DNA of 64,000 bases from Phycisphaerae bacterium (lineage in GTDB: Bacteria > Planctomycetota > Phycisphaerae > UBA1845 > Fen-1342): positions 1 through 64,000 of the forward strand of contig JASFQK010000005.1 in assembly GCA_050115495.1 (NCBI GenBank). The letters are read 5' to 3'. Below are positions 20,826 through 30,244 of this stretch, piece by piece. The translations under genes were made by a program, and so were the position numbers. Under the pieces are notes generated by a model, which did no database searches, was not told where the DNA came from, and was given only the letters and a program-made list of their open reading frames with translations. Numbering within the stretch: position 1 is the stretch's first letter; each line of letters starts with the position of its first letter.

Positions 20826-21676
20826 GGAGCGAGGCCGAAAGGCTTGTGCGTAAGCTCAGACCTCATCGTGTTTGCTTCGCGAGCAGCGGCCGCAACAACT
20901 GGGTCGCAATGTCCAAGGATGAGTGTATAAGCATCCCGCGCAACGGACTGAAAGTGGATTACAGTGTTCGAGTTGCCGCGATGCAATACTTGTCGCGGCA
21001 CAGTATTCCCACAACGCGGCTCGTGGACTACGGTGCAGTGGACGGAATTGAGTACGTGATTACGCGCCGCATTGCTGCCGCACCGCCGTGTGTTGTCCGT
21101 TGCTCGACGCCTGATAGTGAGTCCATGTTACATGCGTGCGGCGATGTGCTGCGGCGCATACACCTGCTTGATGCTTCTGGCTACGGAAGGCTCGACTCGT
21201 CGCTGTGCGGGCCACACAGGTCCTGGAAGGGCTTTGTGGAAGACTACTTTGTTTCATCCTTACGACGGCTAAGCAAGGACGCATGCTTGCGCACGAAGTT
21301 CGTTCGTACGCTGGAAGCCCGGTTCGGCGATATGCTACCGTTGATCGACGATGTACGAGTGGCGTTTCTGCATGGTGATTACCATTCGGGAAACGTCTTG
21401 TTCCAGGGGACAGAACTGAAAGCTGTCATCGACCTGGATATTGTAATGAGAGGAGACCCGCACTGGGATCTAGCGCACTTCGTGCGCACATGCAAGTGGG
21501 GGCACCGCGAAGCACGTGAGACGTTCTTGGATGCGTATGGCGAGCCAGTGGATGAGGCGCGGATGCGATTCTATGCCATGGTAATATGGACTAGGAAGAT
21601 TGCGTCCCAAGCAGAAAGCAGGCGCGAGGCGCTGGCGGAAAGCGTTCCCGAAATGGAGAGGATCGTGTTCGCATGA
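20822..21676 (+). CDS. APH-family (aminoglycoside phosphotransferase-like) kinase
   Basis: LHGDYHSGNVL, VIDLD, GDPHWDLA; ATGA overlap with the upstream gene. Confidence 0.85.
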   Translation: MRSEAERLVRKLRPHRVCFASSGRNNWVAMSKDECISIPRNGLKVDYSVRVAAMQYLSRHSIPTTRLVDYGAVDGIEYVITRRIAAAPPCVVRCSTPDSESMLHACGDVLRRIHLLDASGYGRLDSSLCGPHRSWKGFVEDYFVSSLRRLSKDACLRTKFVRTLEARFGDMLPLIDDVRVAFLHGDYHSGNVLFQGTELKAVIDLDIVMRGDPHWDLAHFVRTCKWGHREARETFLDAYGEPVDEARMRFYAMVIWTRKIASQAESRREALAESVPEMERIVFA

Positions 21677-22764
21677 TGTTGCACTTGGTTCGCCACCCGC
21701 AGAGCCTTGCGAATGTCCAAGGCATCAATGATCGTCTTGATGGCGACATCACGCGAATGGGCGTGTGGCAGGTGCATCGTACGGCCGCGAGACTTGCCGC
21801 CGAGCACTTTGAGAGGGTCTATACGAGCCCGGCCTTGCGGTGTCTGCGGCTTGCCACGGCTATCGGTAGTGCAACCGGTGCACCTGTGACAGTCGATCGT
21901 GACTTGAGGGAGAGAGACTACGGTAGCCTCACCGGAGAGCGTGGATGCGAACTGCTTCGGCTGGGGATCAACGGGCGCCCCGAGGGCGGCGAAAGCGTAG
22001 AGGACGTTTACAGGCGGGCTTCCTGTGTTTTGGATAGGCTGAGGGGCGACAATGTGCTCATCGTGTCGCATGGCCTGTTTTTGAAGATGCTCGTGTGTCG
22101 TGCCGTGGGCATGACCATGCGTTCAGCCGTGCGCTCTCTGAAATTCAGCAACTGTGCGATCAGCTTGTTGGATACTTCGGCTGGGATCGTGGAGTACCTC
22201 AACGATCGAGCGCACTTGGAACGCACGGCAAGCCGGATACATGTGTTTGGAGGCTGGGCGGCTGGCAAGACATCTGTGGCCAGGAATCTAGGAGAGCGGT
22301 TGGGGCTTCCGGTGTTCCATCTTGACAACATCAAGTACGCAGACGGGTTCCGGCGCGTCCGTCCCGTATCGCAGCGACTGGCCATGCTGGACGAGATAAC
22401 GTCCGGCACGGAGTGGATAACGGAGGGCGCATGGACAGATTACGCTGCTGCCGCCTTTGAGAGGGCAGACGTCATATTCTATGTTGAGAGTGGGTATCTA
22501 CGATCCCTTATGCTCGCAGCCAAGCGCGAGTTCTGCCGGAAGCGACCAGAAGGGGTGTCCTTTCTGAAGCTGGTGGCAGCACTGACCGCGTATCGTGTGG
22601 GGTCGGGAAAGGTGTCACGCAAAGCACATGAACACTACTTCTGCCAGAACAGTCACAAGGCATTGCGCATGGGCGCCGCGTCCACCAGCGCGATTGTCCA
22701 ACTGGCCCTGGCGTTCTGCAGGAGCCCAGCGGTATTCAATACACTTGATACCCCCGTGGTTTGA
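21673..22764 (+). CDS. Histidine phosphatase fused to a P-loop adenylate kinase-like domain
   Basis: LVRHPQS, SPALRC, ERDYG, PEGGES, VSHG; then GGWAAGKTS, HLD, WITEG; ATGA overlap with the upstream gene. Confidence 0.85.
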   Translation: MMLHLVRHPQSLANVQGINDRLDGDITRMGVWQVHRTAARLAAEHFERVYTSPALRCLRLATAIGSATGAPVTVDRDLRERDYGSLTGERGCELLRLGINGRPEGGESVEDVYRRASCVLDRLRGDNVLIVSHGLFLKMLVCRAVGMTMRSAVRSLKFSNCAISLLDTSAGIVEYLNDRAHLERTASRIHVFGGWAAGKTSVARNLGERLGLPVFHLDNIKYADGFRRVRPVSQRLAMLDEITSGTEWITEGAWTDYAAAAFERADVIFYVESGYLRSLMLAAKREFCRKRPEGVSFLKLVAALTAYRVGSGKVSRKAHEHYFCQNSHKALRMGAASTSAIVQLALAFCRSPAVFNTLDTPVV

Positions 22765-23040
22765 GGATGCATGAGGCTGTTGCGCGTACGCGATGCTGAC
22801 GACTCGGAGGTGCTGTTCACCGAGTAACACTGCAAGCAAGCCGTTATGCGGGTGTGGCGATCACGTTAGTAGAGTCCCTCCGCCTGTGTGGCACAGGTGT
22901 TTCGAATTCACTCAGTCCCGAGGTTGTCACTCTGCCCGGTCGAGTCGGTCAATAAGCGACTTACGGCGGTGGTGGCCGGGAGTCGTTCCTGGTCGAGGTT
23001 GCCCGTGGCCGGTATCGGCGTCAGCCAGGCCGGTTGCTCG

Positions 23041-23066
23041 GGTGGAGCGCGGGGATTTGAACCCTC
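23041..23066 (-). other. Degenerate tRNA/tmRNA 3'-end fragment (possible att relic)
   Basis: Minus strand reads gagggTTCAAATccccgcgctccacc: a T-loop plus an acceptor-like CTCCACC end. No complete cloverleaf. Confidence 0.45.
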
Positions 23067-23216
23067 GCGCCGCGCGAAACCCGCGCGGAAGACGTCCAGC
23101 TCTCCAGGCTGGCATTCATCACGGCTGTGTGACTCGCAGTAGGCAGTGTTCCATGCGCCTTCGCCCACTGCGCTCACCCCATTAGGCCGGGGGATGAATA
23201 TCCCTCGCCCGTCGCT

Positions 23217-24065
23217 TCATAGGTTGAGCCGATGGAAGTAGGCCGCCAGGACTTCGAAGGCCGCGTCCAGGTCGGCTGTCGATAGGTCTGCCTGTTCCGC
23301 AAGCGCGGGGAACTCTGACGCCCACGAGATTGGTGGGGCCGCTAACTCACTTGGAACCGGGTGAGCGTCGCGGCGCGTGAACGTCTCGCGAATAGCAACC
23401 GCAACGTTATCAGCGTCAAGCTCGCCGCGCTCGATTAGCAACAGCATGTCGACAATGTCCTTGACCCGCGTGTTCTCGCGGTCATCCCACGCATACGTGT
23501 AGGCGTGGAGCTTTTCGGCAAACTGCTGCGCCTTCGGGATGGCCAGCGCCCGTGCCGGCTCGATTCCAGCGAAACCAAGCAGGTCATCGCCGACGAGCAC
23601 TTCCGGCTCCTCGCCAACGTGGTCGCCGATCCCGACATCGACATGGAACCGACCGAAGACCTTGCCAACTAACAGGGCCTCCACGGGGAATCGTGCCCCG
23701 CCATCGGGAGCACCCGGCAGTTCGCGGCGAGGCGATCCGATCCGGAATTCCAGGTGGTCACCTAGGTCGAGAGCGGCTGCTTCCTGAAGCTGTTCGCGGA
23801 TCTGCGTCAGGCCGCTGCTTGTCGCCGCAGTCAGGTCCACATCACGCGTGGTGCGCGCCTTCGGCCGATACCGTAGCTCCATCGCAAAGCCGCCTTTCAG
23901 CACCCATGGCGGACTTGCCTTTGCGAACAGCCGTGCCAGCAACCGCTCGATCAGGAACTTGATCTGCATGTCCTGCACGGACAGTGCACGCTTCTTTGCG
24001 GCATTCTTCAGCCGCATCATCAGCGCTTGCTTGAACGCCTCCGGATTGTCGTACTGCTTACCCAT
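23217..24065 (-). CDS. abiEii: AbiEii/AbiGii-family nucleotidyltransferase toxin (type IV TA)
   Basis: WVLKGG, RTTRDVDL, AEKLHA, TRVKDIVD. Confidence 0.9.
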   Translation of the reverse strand: MGKQYDNPEAFKQALMMRLKNAAKKRALSVQDMQIKFLIERLLARLFAKASPPWVLKGGFAMELRYRPKARTTRDVDLTAATSSGLTQIREQLQEAAALDLGDHLEFRIGSPRRELPGAPDGGARFPVEALLVGKVFGRFHVDVGIGDHVGEEPEVLVGDDLLGFAGIEPARALAIPKAQQFAEKLHAYTYAWDDRENTRVKDIVDMLLLIERGELDADNVAVAIRETFTRRDAHPVPSELAAPPISWASEFPALAEQADLSTADLDAAFEVLAAYFHRLNL

Positions 24066-24673
24066 CACGACGGCTCTGCCACGAGTTTCGCCAGTCGTCC
24101 GTACGGGTCGGCCGCCTCCGCAGCCGCACGTAGCTTCGATCGCACAACGAGCCCGCGTTCGAGTGCATCGTGGAGCGCACGCTGCACCTGCTCAGTCGGC
24201 ACAGTGTCTTCTATCGCGACGTCGAGCAGTGTACGCAGCGGCGTCGTGACCCGAAACGAGCCCCAGGCCGTGCTGTCTTTCGTGGCAAGGTCGGCCTTGT
24301 GCAGCGTGCATTCCGGCGGCGCCTCACGCCGAAACGACCGAGGCACTGTCAGATGGATCTTGCCGGGCAGCATATCGCTGAGTTCGTGCAGGCTGAGGGC
24401 AGACTCGTGTGAGACGACCGCTTGCGGAACGTCATCTCGTCCGCGACTCCACAGCGTCAGCCGGATCAGGTCGTCATGCTCGCTTGGCGGGATCGTCGAG
24501 ATGCGATAGAGCCCACGTCCGACACGCTCGAAGTTGCCGCGGTTTACGTGGTACGTCAGGTGACTGAAGTCGTACCCCCCCTGCTCGGCCTGCCGGGCCG
24601 TGAAGTAGCCACCCTGCGTGGCGGCGACTGCGGTGAGCGTCCGCAGTGCTTTCTGGGTGCTCCGATACGCCAT
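24065..24673 (-). CDS. abiEi: AbiEi-family antitoxin/transcriptional regulator
   Basis: QGGYFTARQA, RVGRGLY, VSHESAL, VTTPLRTLLD; its stop overlaps the toxin start. Confidence 0.9.
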   Translation of the reverse strand: MAYRSTQKALRTLTAVAATQGGYFTARQAEQGGYDFSHLTYHVNRGNFERVGRGLYRISTIPPSEHDDLIRLTLWSRGRDDVPQAVVSHESALSLHELSDMLPGKIHLTVPRSFRREAPPECTLHKADLATKDSTAWGSFRVTTPLRTLLDVAIEDTVPTEQVQRALHDALERGLVVRSKLRAAAEAADPYGRLAKLVAEPS

Positions 24674-24679
24674 GCATAC

Positions 24680-24726
24680 ACCTTCAAATTATTTGAAGGT
24701 TTACGCCCGGATTGTCTTGGTGTCAA
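24680..24726 (-). promoter_or_regulatory. abiE promoter with palindromic operator
   Basis: Minus strand TTGACA-17 nt-TAAACC. Perfect inverted repeat accttcaaat-t-atttgaaggt (24680-24700) overlaps the -10/+1 region. Confidence 0.7.
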
Positions 24727-25060
24727 GGGCAGCACGAAGCCGGCGCGGAGATCATAGCACCCATTGGCTACGTCGCGCCGGTGAGAAGAAGGGTCGAAGC
24801 GCCACGCCCAGCCGGGATGGCTGGCCATCCTCCCCACCGCGCGACTGTCATCGAGAGGGATCGATCCCTACCTAGGCCTGTGCAGGCGACACGACACCAC
24901 CAGGACCGTCGGATAGACACTCTCCGTCGACAACAAATACCCGGGACGGCGGCGTGCACAACGATTCGCCCTTGATAATCCCCGTCAGCGGGCATCAGGT
25001 CACGCGTGCCTCGAAAGTCCAGCAACACACCGAGTACGCGCCGCCGCAGGTCAACGAGGC

Positions 25061-25942
25061 TTACATCATCGCAGGTCGGTCCACCCAGGAGCCGATCTTG
25101 CGCTGAAACATGTAATAGCGCGGCCGGTTTTCCCAATCGAGCGTCTCACACTGACGCACGGCGATTCCCACTTCGCCCTGGCACAATGCATACGCCGTCG
25201 CGGGGGGAATTGCGGTCGGCGTTAACGGCAGTAGAGCCGCCTCGGGGGAGATCAAACCGGCCACCACCATCGCCGCGAGTTGGTCGGGATGGTGATACTC
25301 GTGGCGGCCGCGAGCGACGATCGCCGCAAAGGCGTCTCCGAGCGCGCTCAGCAAGGTAACGTAAGCGGTCAGGACTGATGACCCGATTGCTGCCGAGGGC
25401 CGGATGTCACGCAACGTGCACCAGTGCTCCCAGACTTTTCCACCCTCCTCAGCACTGTCCGGCGATTCGTCGTACTCCTGTCGCGGATTGCGGTTGAACG
25501 CACCGTCGGGATCGACGACGCCCTGTGCTGAGATGCGCCCGGTCGAACTGCCCTCGACGAAGCCGAACAGCGTCGAGCCAGCGGTCAACTTCTCTCCCTC
25601 CACCGAGGCCAGCGCCAATGTTCGCGGTTCGCCGTCGGCTACGTGCGTAACGCTGGCGTAATAGCGGTCGCGCGCGGCGTCATGCGAGATCTCCAGCCAC
25701 AGTAGTCGTCCGTCGGTTGAGCGCCGCACGCCGGCGGCCGCGACCAAGTGACAGGAGACATGCCAGGCGCCGTGGTCAAAGTCCCCGGGATCGCCTGGGC
25801 CGAGCAGCTCCCCGTCGATCACGCTGCGATCCAGCCAGAGTTGTCGCAGCCGCTCTACGTTAGCGGTGTTGTTCACTAGGACGCCGTCCGCTGTTACCTC
25901 AAACCCCAGCGTCCCGCGCTTCCGCAAATTACTCTTGTCCAT
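25061..25942 (-). CDS. Hypothetical protein (His/Trp/Cys-rich motifs)
   Basis: Protein-like ORF of about 293 aa (FDHGAWHVSCHL, GGKVWEHWCTLRDIRP), co-oriented with its neighbours; no family recognised. Confidence 0.7.
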   Translation of the reverse strand: MDKSNLRKRGTLGFEVTADGVLVNNTANVERLRQLWLDRSVIDGELLGPGDPGDFDHGAWHVSCHLVAAAGVRRSTDGRLLWLEISHDAARDRYYASVTHVADGEPRTLALASVEGEKLTAGSTLFGFVEGSSTGRISAQGVVDPDGAFNRNPRQEYDESPDSAEEGGKVWEHWCTLRDIRPSAAIGSSVLTAYVTLLSALGDAFAAIVARGRHEYHHPDQLAAMVVAGLISPEAALLPLTPTAIPPATAYALCQGEVGIAVRQCETLDWENRPRYYMFQRKIGSWVDRPAMM

Positions 25943-26018
25943 TATCCGTACACCAGTTTCAATCGGCCAAGCGTCGCCGGCCGAACAAACTAACGGCCGC
26001 GTTGCCATTGTGTGGCAG

Positions 26019-26468
26019 TCATCTCGCCTTGCGTTCGTCTACTGATTCATCCTCCCAGACCACTGGGATGCCCTCCTCCTCGAACAGCTCCTCGATCAAC
26101 CTGAGTCGCTGTTCATCTCTCGGTCGCTTGGGGAAGACGATTCCCGGGCAGATTCCGTCCAGCGACTCCTGTGATTCGATGTAGCGCCACAGCTTACGAG
26201 CCTGACGTTTTACGTTGCGCCGCACCGCCGCCGGCGTCATCTTGTCCCAATCCGAATGCTTGATCTCAACGATGGCCCGAACTTCGCTACCTTCCTCGGA
26301 CACGAACACGTCCATGCGGCCCGCTTTGCCGCCTAGCTTTTTCGTCGTATTCTCGACTTCTATGTTCCCCTGGGCCGTAGCGCGCCAATCCGCCTGAACT
26401 TGGCGGTGGAACTCCTTTCCCGCCCGCAGTCGCTGAGGTTCTGGCTTGCTCTTTCTGGCCACTGCCAT
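26019..26468 (-). CDS. Small PD-(D/E)XK-like nuclease
   Basis: 'GKEFHRQVQ...GRMDVFV...IVEIK...RQARKLWRY'. Confidence 0.65.
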   Translation of the reverse strand: MAVARKSKPEPQRLRAGKEFHRQVQADWRATAQGNIEVENTTKKLGGKAGRMDVFVSEEGSEVRAIVEIKHSDWDKMTPAAVRRNVKRQARKLWRYIESQESLDGICPGIVFPKRPRDEQRLRLIEELFEEEGIPVVWEDESVDERKAR

Positions 26469-26542
26469 CTCCCGCCATTTCGCGCGTTCGGTGAGTCCGT
26501 TGGCCGTGCTCAACGGCCAATTTCGATTCGCAGGGGCGGCAA

Positions 26543-27280
26543 TCAGGGAATCGTCGCAACCAACTCACGCACGATCGCGCTATTCACCTCGGCAAAGCGA
26601 CCACCGCCACCGCTCTTGGCGCAGGCGGCGCCACGCACACAAACCACGTCTACGCCCGTGGCCCAAATTCCCGGCAGCTCATCCAATGTAATCGATCCGG
26701 CCACCCAGGCTTGCTTCTTCTTCCGATGCAACGCCTCGACCAGCTTTCCAATGTCGTTCAGACTGCAGTAATCCAGCAAGCCCCTGCCTATGAGCTTGTT
26801 GAACGTGTCGATGAGCAGACCGTCCGCTTTGCACTCCGACACCAAGTCGGGGCCGTGCTCAAATGGTTCGAACCAACGGGACATGTCATCATCGACGAAC
26901 ACAGCAGGGAAGCACTGTTTCCGCCGTGGCCCGAGCTTGCGTACCGTTCGCACGATGCTGTCGCCCAGATACGCGGCCGCCTCCGGCGACTGCTCGGCCA
27001 AGCCGAACTTGATCAAATCGGCGCCGGCGACTGCGACACCCAACGCCGCCTGGCAAGCGGACGCCCGCACAGCCTGAACTTCTCCGATGTTAGTGGACAC
27101 CGCGACCTTCGCTAGCTTCGCGCGATTCAGCCGTCCCCGGACAGAAGCGATATTCAGCGGATACGGCGTACCCAGCGCCGACGCCGGATACTCCACGTCC
27201 GCGATCCTCGCTCCTGCCTTCGCCGCCCGCAGCGCTTCCACGGGGCCGCGAACCGATACCAGCAATCGTTGCTTGGCCAT
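26543..27280 (-). CDS. MfnB-like (4-HFC-P synthase/DUF556) TIM-barrel aldolase
   Basis: LLVSVRGPVEA, GARIADV, ADLIKFGL, LLIDTFNK, AGSI, DVVCVRGAAC; GGAGG RBS. Confidence 0.8.
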   Translation of the reverse strand: MAKQRLLVSVRGPVEALRAAKAGARIADVEYPASALGTPYPLNIASVRGRLNRAKLAKVAVSTNIGEVQAVRASACQAALGVAVAGADLIKFGLAEQSPEAAAYLGDSIVRTVRKLGPRRKQCFPAVFVDDDMSRWFEPFEHGPDLVSECKADGLLIDTFNKLIGRGLLDYCSLNDIGKLVEALHRKKKQAWVAGSITLDELPGIWATGVDVVCVRGAACAKSGGGGRFAEVNSAIVRELVATIP

Positions 27281-27409
27281 ATTGTCCGTTACCTCCAGTC
27301 GATTTGCGCCTAGCGCTCCCTATCATTGTTCGCACTCACGTCTATTTGTGCTCATTCCGAACCGCGCCGACCACCATCGCGGAATGGAGTGATGATGGGC
27401 AGGCCCACG

Positions 27410-29068
27410 TCATCGGCTCTTCTTTCTGTGCGTCCTCTTCTTTGCGGTTGCTTTCATCTTGGTTGTGGCGGACGTCGACGCGCCGGTCAGGGGAATGTGG
27501 TAGATCTCGACGGCATAGTTCTCGGCGCGCAGCGCCTTACACTCGTCCATCAGGGTCATCTTGCTGAAGATCGGCAAGTCCTCGGGAATCGTCCTATGCG
27601 GCGCGTCCGCAATCGCGATCATCACTTTGTGGTTTTTGGCGGAAAAGCCGGCGCTGAACTCCTTCCAGAGCTTCTTCTTCAGCCACGCCGGGGGGAGCTT
27701 CGCCAGCAGGCCGTCGCGGAATTCCTGGTTGTTTCGCATGACCTGACCCGAATTCGACCCCTGCTTGGCATGGGCGCTCAGTTTCTGCGAGTCGTACCAG
27801 CGCTTGACGTGAATGAACATACCATCAACGGTCAGTAGATCGCACGGCTCAATGCTCCCGCTGGAGGGAGTCACCACCTCATTCTGATCTAGGCACACGA
27901 AGCCACTCCCTTTGGCCGCAGCCGCAGCATTGTTGTATTTCAACTCGGTGTTGTGTTCCTGCAGATCCCACGGCGGTAGAAACGACGGATCACGCCGCAC
28001 GTCCAGCTCCCTCACCTGGTACTCGATGCGCTCCTTGAAGTCCTGCGCCAACAGGAACCAGTCGCCGTCGGACAGGGCGTACGGCTTCTTTGCGTGCTCG
28101 GTCTCGAACGTCACCAGCTCAATCAGCTTATCCGAGAAAACTTCCTTTCCATGGGAATCAACTGCACGAACGACCGCCTCCAACGCTATCGGGGGTTTCG
28201 CGCCGTCTTTGGAGAGCGCGGTCGCGATCGATGCAACGTCGAAGTCGTCGCATTTCAACCACTCGCCCCCCGGCATGCGCACCTGCACACCGTCAATCCG
28301 CTCCCAGTCGTTGATGTTGCCGGTCAGAATGCCCAGCCGCGCCGGCTCATTTTGAATCGCTTTGTCGAGCTTTTTGATTAGTGCAGCGATGACGGCGGTG
28401 GCTTCAACCTTCACGAAGGGATCGTAGGCAGCGAAGCGCTGATTGCGCGTCTTCGTGTGATGGCTCAGAATCGTCTCGCAGACAGTCCCGAGATCTGCAA
28501 AGAGCAAATCGCCATCCACCGCCAGCGGCGTGGCCCCCGTGATCCGCTTGCCCAGCGTTTTGTCCGACGATGCACCGGTCAGCCGACGAATCCGGTCCCG
28601 ATTGGGGTTGAGCGTGAACTCGGCCAGATCACTCGCCATGGGCGACACGTTGCGTTTCTGCAGGGCTCTCGCGCCAATGCCCTTGGAATCAACCGCCTTG
28701 ATCTGCGATGGACTCAATATCCGTTCGGCAATCTCCCGCCCGTATTCCTTGACGATGTTCTCGCGGTTGAGCGCGTGATGGCCATGCCCGAACGCCACGG
28801 CGCAGTGCCGCCCCGATTTGGTCTTCACCACGACCACCAGTGAATTCGAGACGTTCCTGGGAGGTGGATCGATCGGGCAATGCCCGCGGACCGCGTCGTA
28901 CCAGCCCGGTTCGGTCTCGTAGTTCCGCTGCAGATAAGCCTGCGCTTCGAAGTCGATCCCAGACAGCGCGACGTATTGATACGAATCCGCGCCTTGCAAG
29001 CGGTTCGTAGAAATCGCATCGTCGAACGTCTTAACGTCGGTACTCAGCACGTAAATTGTGAATTTCAT
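27410..29068 (-). CDS. DUF6119/TIGR04141-like 'sporadically distributed' protein with C-terminal nuclease-like motif
   Basis: AVAFGHGHHAL, YALSDGDWF, ELKYN, IEPCDLL...FIHVKR...SAHAKQG, LPIFSKMTL. Confidence 0.75.
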   Translation of the reverse strand: MKFTIYVLSTDVKTFDDAISTNRLQGADSYQYVALSGIDFEAQAYLQRNYETEPGWYDAVRGHCPIDPPPRNVSNSLVVVVKTKSGRHCAVAFGHGHHALNRENIVKEYGREIAERILSPSQIKAVDSKGIGARALQKRNVSPMASDLAEFTLNPNRDRIRRLTGASSDKTLGKRITGATPLAVDGDLLFADLGTVCETILSHHTKTRNQRFAAYDPFVKVEATAVIAALIKKLDKAIQNEPARLGILTGNINDWERIDGVQVRMPGGEWLKCDDFDVASIATALSKDGAKPPIALEAVVRAVDSHGKEVFSDKLIELVTFETEHAKKPYALSDGDWFLLAQDFKERIEYQVRELDVRRDPSFLPPWDLQEHNTELKYNNAAAAAKGSGFVCLDQNEVVTPSSGSIEPCDLLTVDGMFIHVKRWYDSQKLSAHAKQGSNSGQVMRNNQEFRDGLLAKLPPAWLKKKLWKEFSAGFSAKNHKVMIAIADAPHRTIPEDLPIFSKMTLMDECKALRAENYAVEIYHIPLTGASTSATTKMKATAKKRTHRKKSR

Positions 29069-29587
29069 GGGACGGATCCTCAAAGCTAAGCTAGAATCGT
29101 ACGGTTCGAAAACGTCGACTGATCCTCGCCGCCGTCGATATGCATGACGATCCATTGGCACAAACGCGCTCTATGCTTGCTACACACTCCCTTCTTCTCA
29201 ATCACGCCCTATACATCGCGTTGCGCCCGACTTGACGGGGTCGCCCAGAAGGAGGTGTCGCAGATCTGCGCCGCACGGTCGATCATATGCTACGACCTCC
29301 ATTACTGAATACGCACAGGTGCTCTGGTTCCCATCGACGCCACGGAGGACGACAAAGGCCATGTGCTGGTAGCAACGGATGGCGTCAAGGACTCGCTGAT
29401 TGGCATGTCGATCCAATCGGATTGTCTCGGACACCGTGTTCTCATGGGCCTGCACGATGTAAAGAAGAGGATCGCCTGTGCCGACAATGCATCTCAAGAT
29501 TGGTGCCTACAACGAACCGAATAATAGCAGCACTCTGGAGTATTCGTAACCCACAGTTCGACAGAATCGTAACACGTCAACTTGGTC

Positions 29588-30244
29588 TCAACGGGAGAGC
29601 CTGACGTGCTCGTCCCGAAATGCCAGCCGACCGCATCGCTCTCTTAGATCATTCAACATGCGATGGTGACACACACCCAGGCGTTTCCCGCTGCCGCAAG
29701 GGCACGGCTTGCGATTGGCCTTCCGCTTTTGGAGCGACGTCAGCAGCACCATGCCCATGCACCGCTCATCCGTCGCGACGCCGAACAGCTCCCTCAGATC
29801 GTCGATAATTCCCTTGTTGCCATGGTCTAGATCACCGAACGGCAGCTTGCCGTGCTTTTCCAGGTACGAATACCCGTACAGGTACGGCACAACGCACATG
29901 TCCACGAATTCGATTAGCGTTGGGTTCGTGCCGACCGCCATGCGAAGACGAATCGTCGAGCCCAGGCAGAGCGCTTGATCGGTCAGCTTGTGGAACGTCC
30001 GCGGTATCCGCTTACGGCATTCCCACACGCGTGGCAGCTTGCGCGGAAACGTTGCAGGAATCTCGATTTCAACGGCGTACTCGTCGGTCAGCGTCTCCAG
30101 GCCGCGGGGGGCAGCGGTGAATGCGAGATCACCGGCGAGCGCCATCCCCGCGCCGTCGTAAGGCACCAACGCGAGGCCGCGGTACTTCGCGAGCAGCGCG
30201 TCCACGCCCCAGGCCTGGTAGTCCTGTTCGAAAGCCTCACGCAC
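29588..30244 (-). CDS. CBASS type II (short) E2/ubiquitin-conjugating-like protein with SEC-C zinc motif
   Basis: 'IPATFPRKLPRVWE...FHKL..QALCLG' E2 fold with catalytic Cys; CPCGSGKRLGVCH; overlaps the CD-NTase stop. Confidence 0.8.
   Translation of the reverse strand: MREAFEQDYQAWGVDALLAKYRGLALVPYDGAGMALAGDLAFTAAPRGLETLTDEYAVEIEIPATFPRKLPRVWECRKRIPRTFHKLTDQALCLGSTIRLRMAVGTNPTLIEFVDMCVVPYLYGYSYLEKHGKLPFGDLDHGNKGIIDDLRELFGVATDERCMGMVLLTSLQKRKANRKPCPCGSGKRLGVCHHRMLNDLRERCGRLAFRDEHVRLSR

Noticed and set aside
20822..21676. Bona fide aminoglycoside resistance gene
   Set aside because: Fold motifs alone do not give the substrate, and the operon context suggests another pathway.
22825..22870. Integron attC site or a fifth copy of the GTCAC-N18-CATAAC motif
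   Set aside because: CCCGCATAAC is present on the minus strand but GTCAC is absent at the required spacing; no attC stem and no integron integrase.
23041..23110. Intact tRNA gene
   Set aside because: The T-stem is mismatched and no D or anticodon arms can be folded; kept only as an att relic.
29198..29560. Gene between the DUF6119-like gene and the CBASS E2
   Set aside because: Only short or interrupted frames without recognisable motifs; at most a pseudogene fragment.
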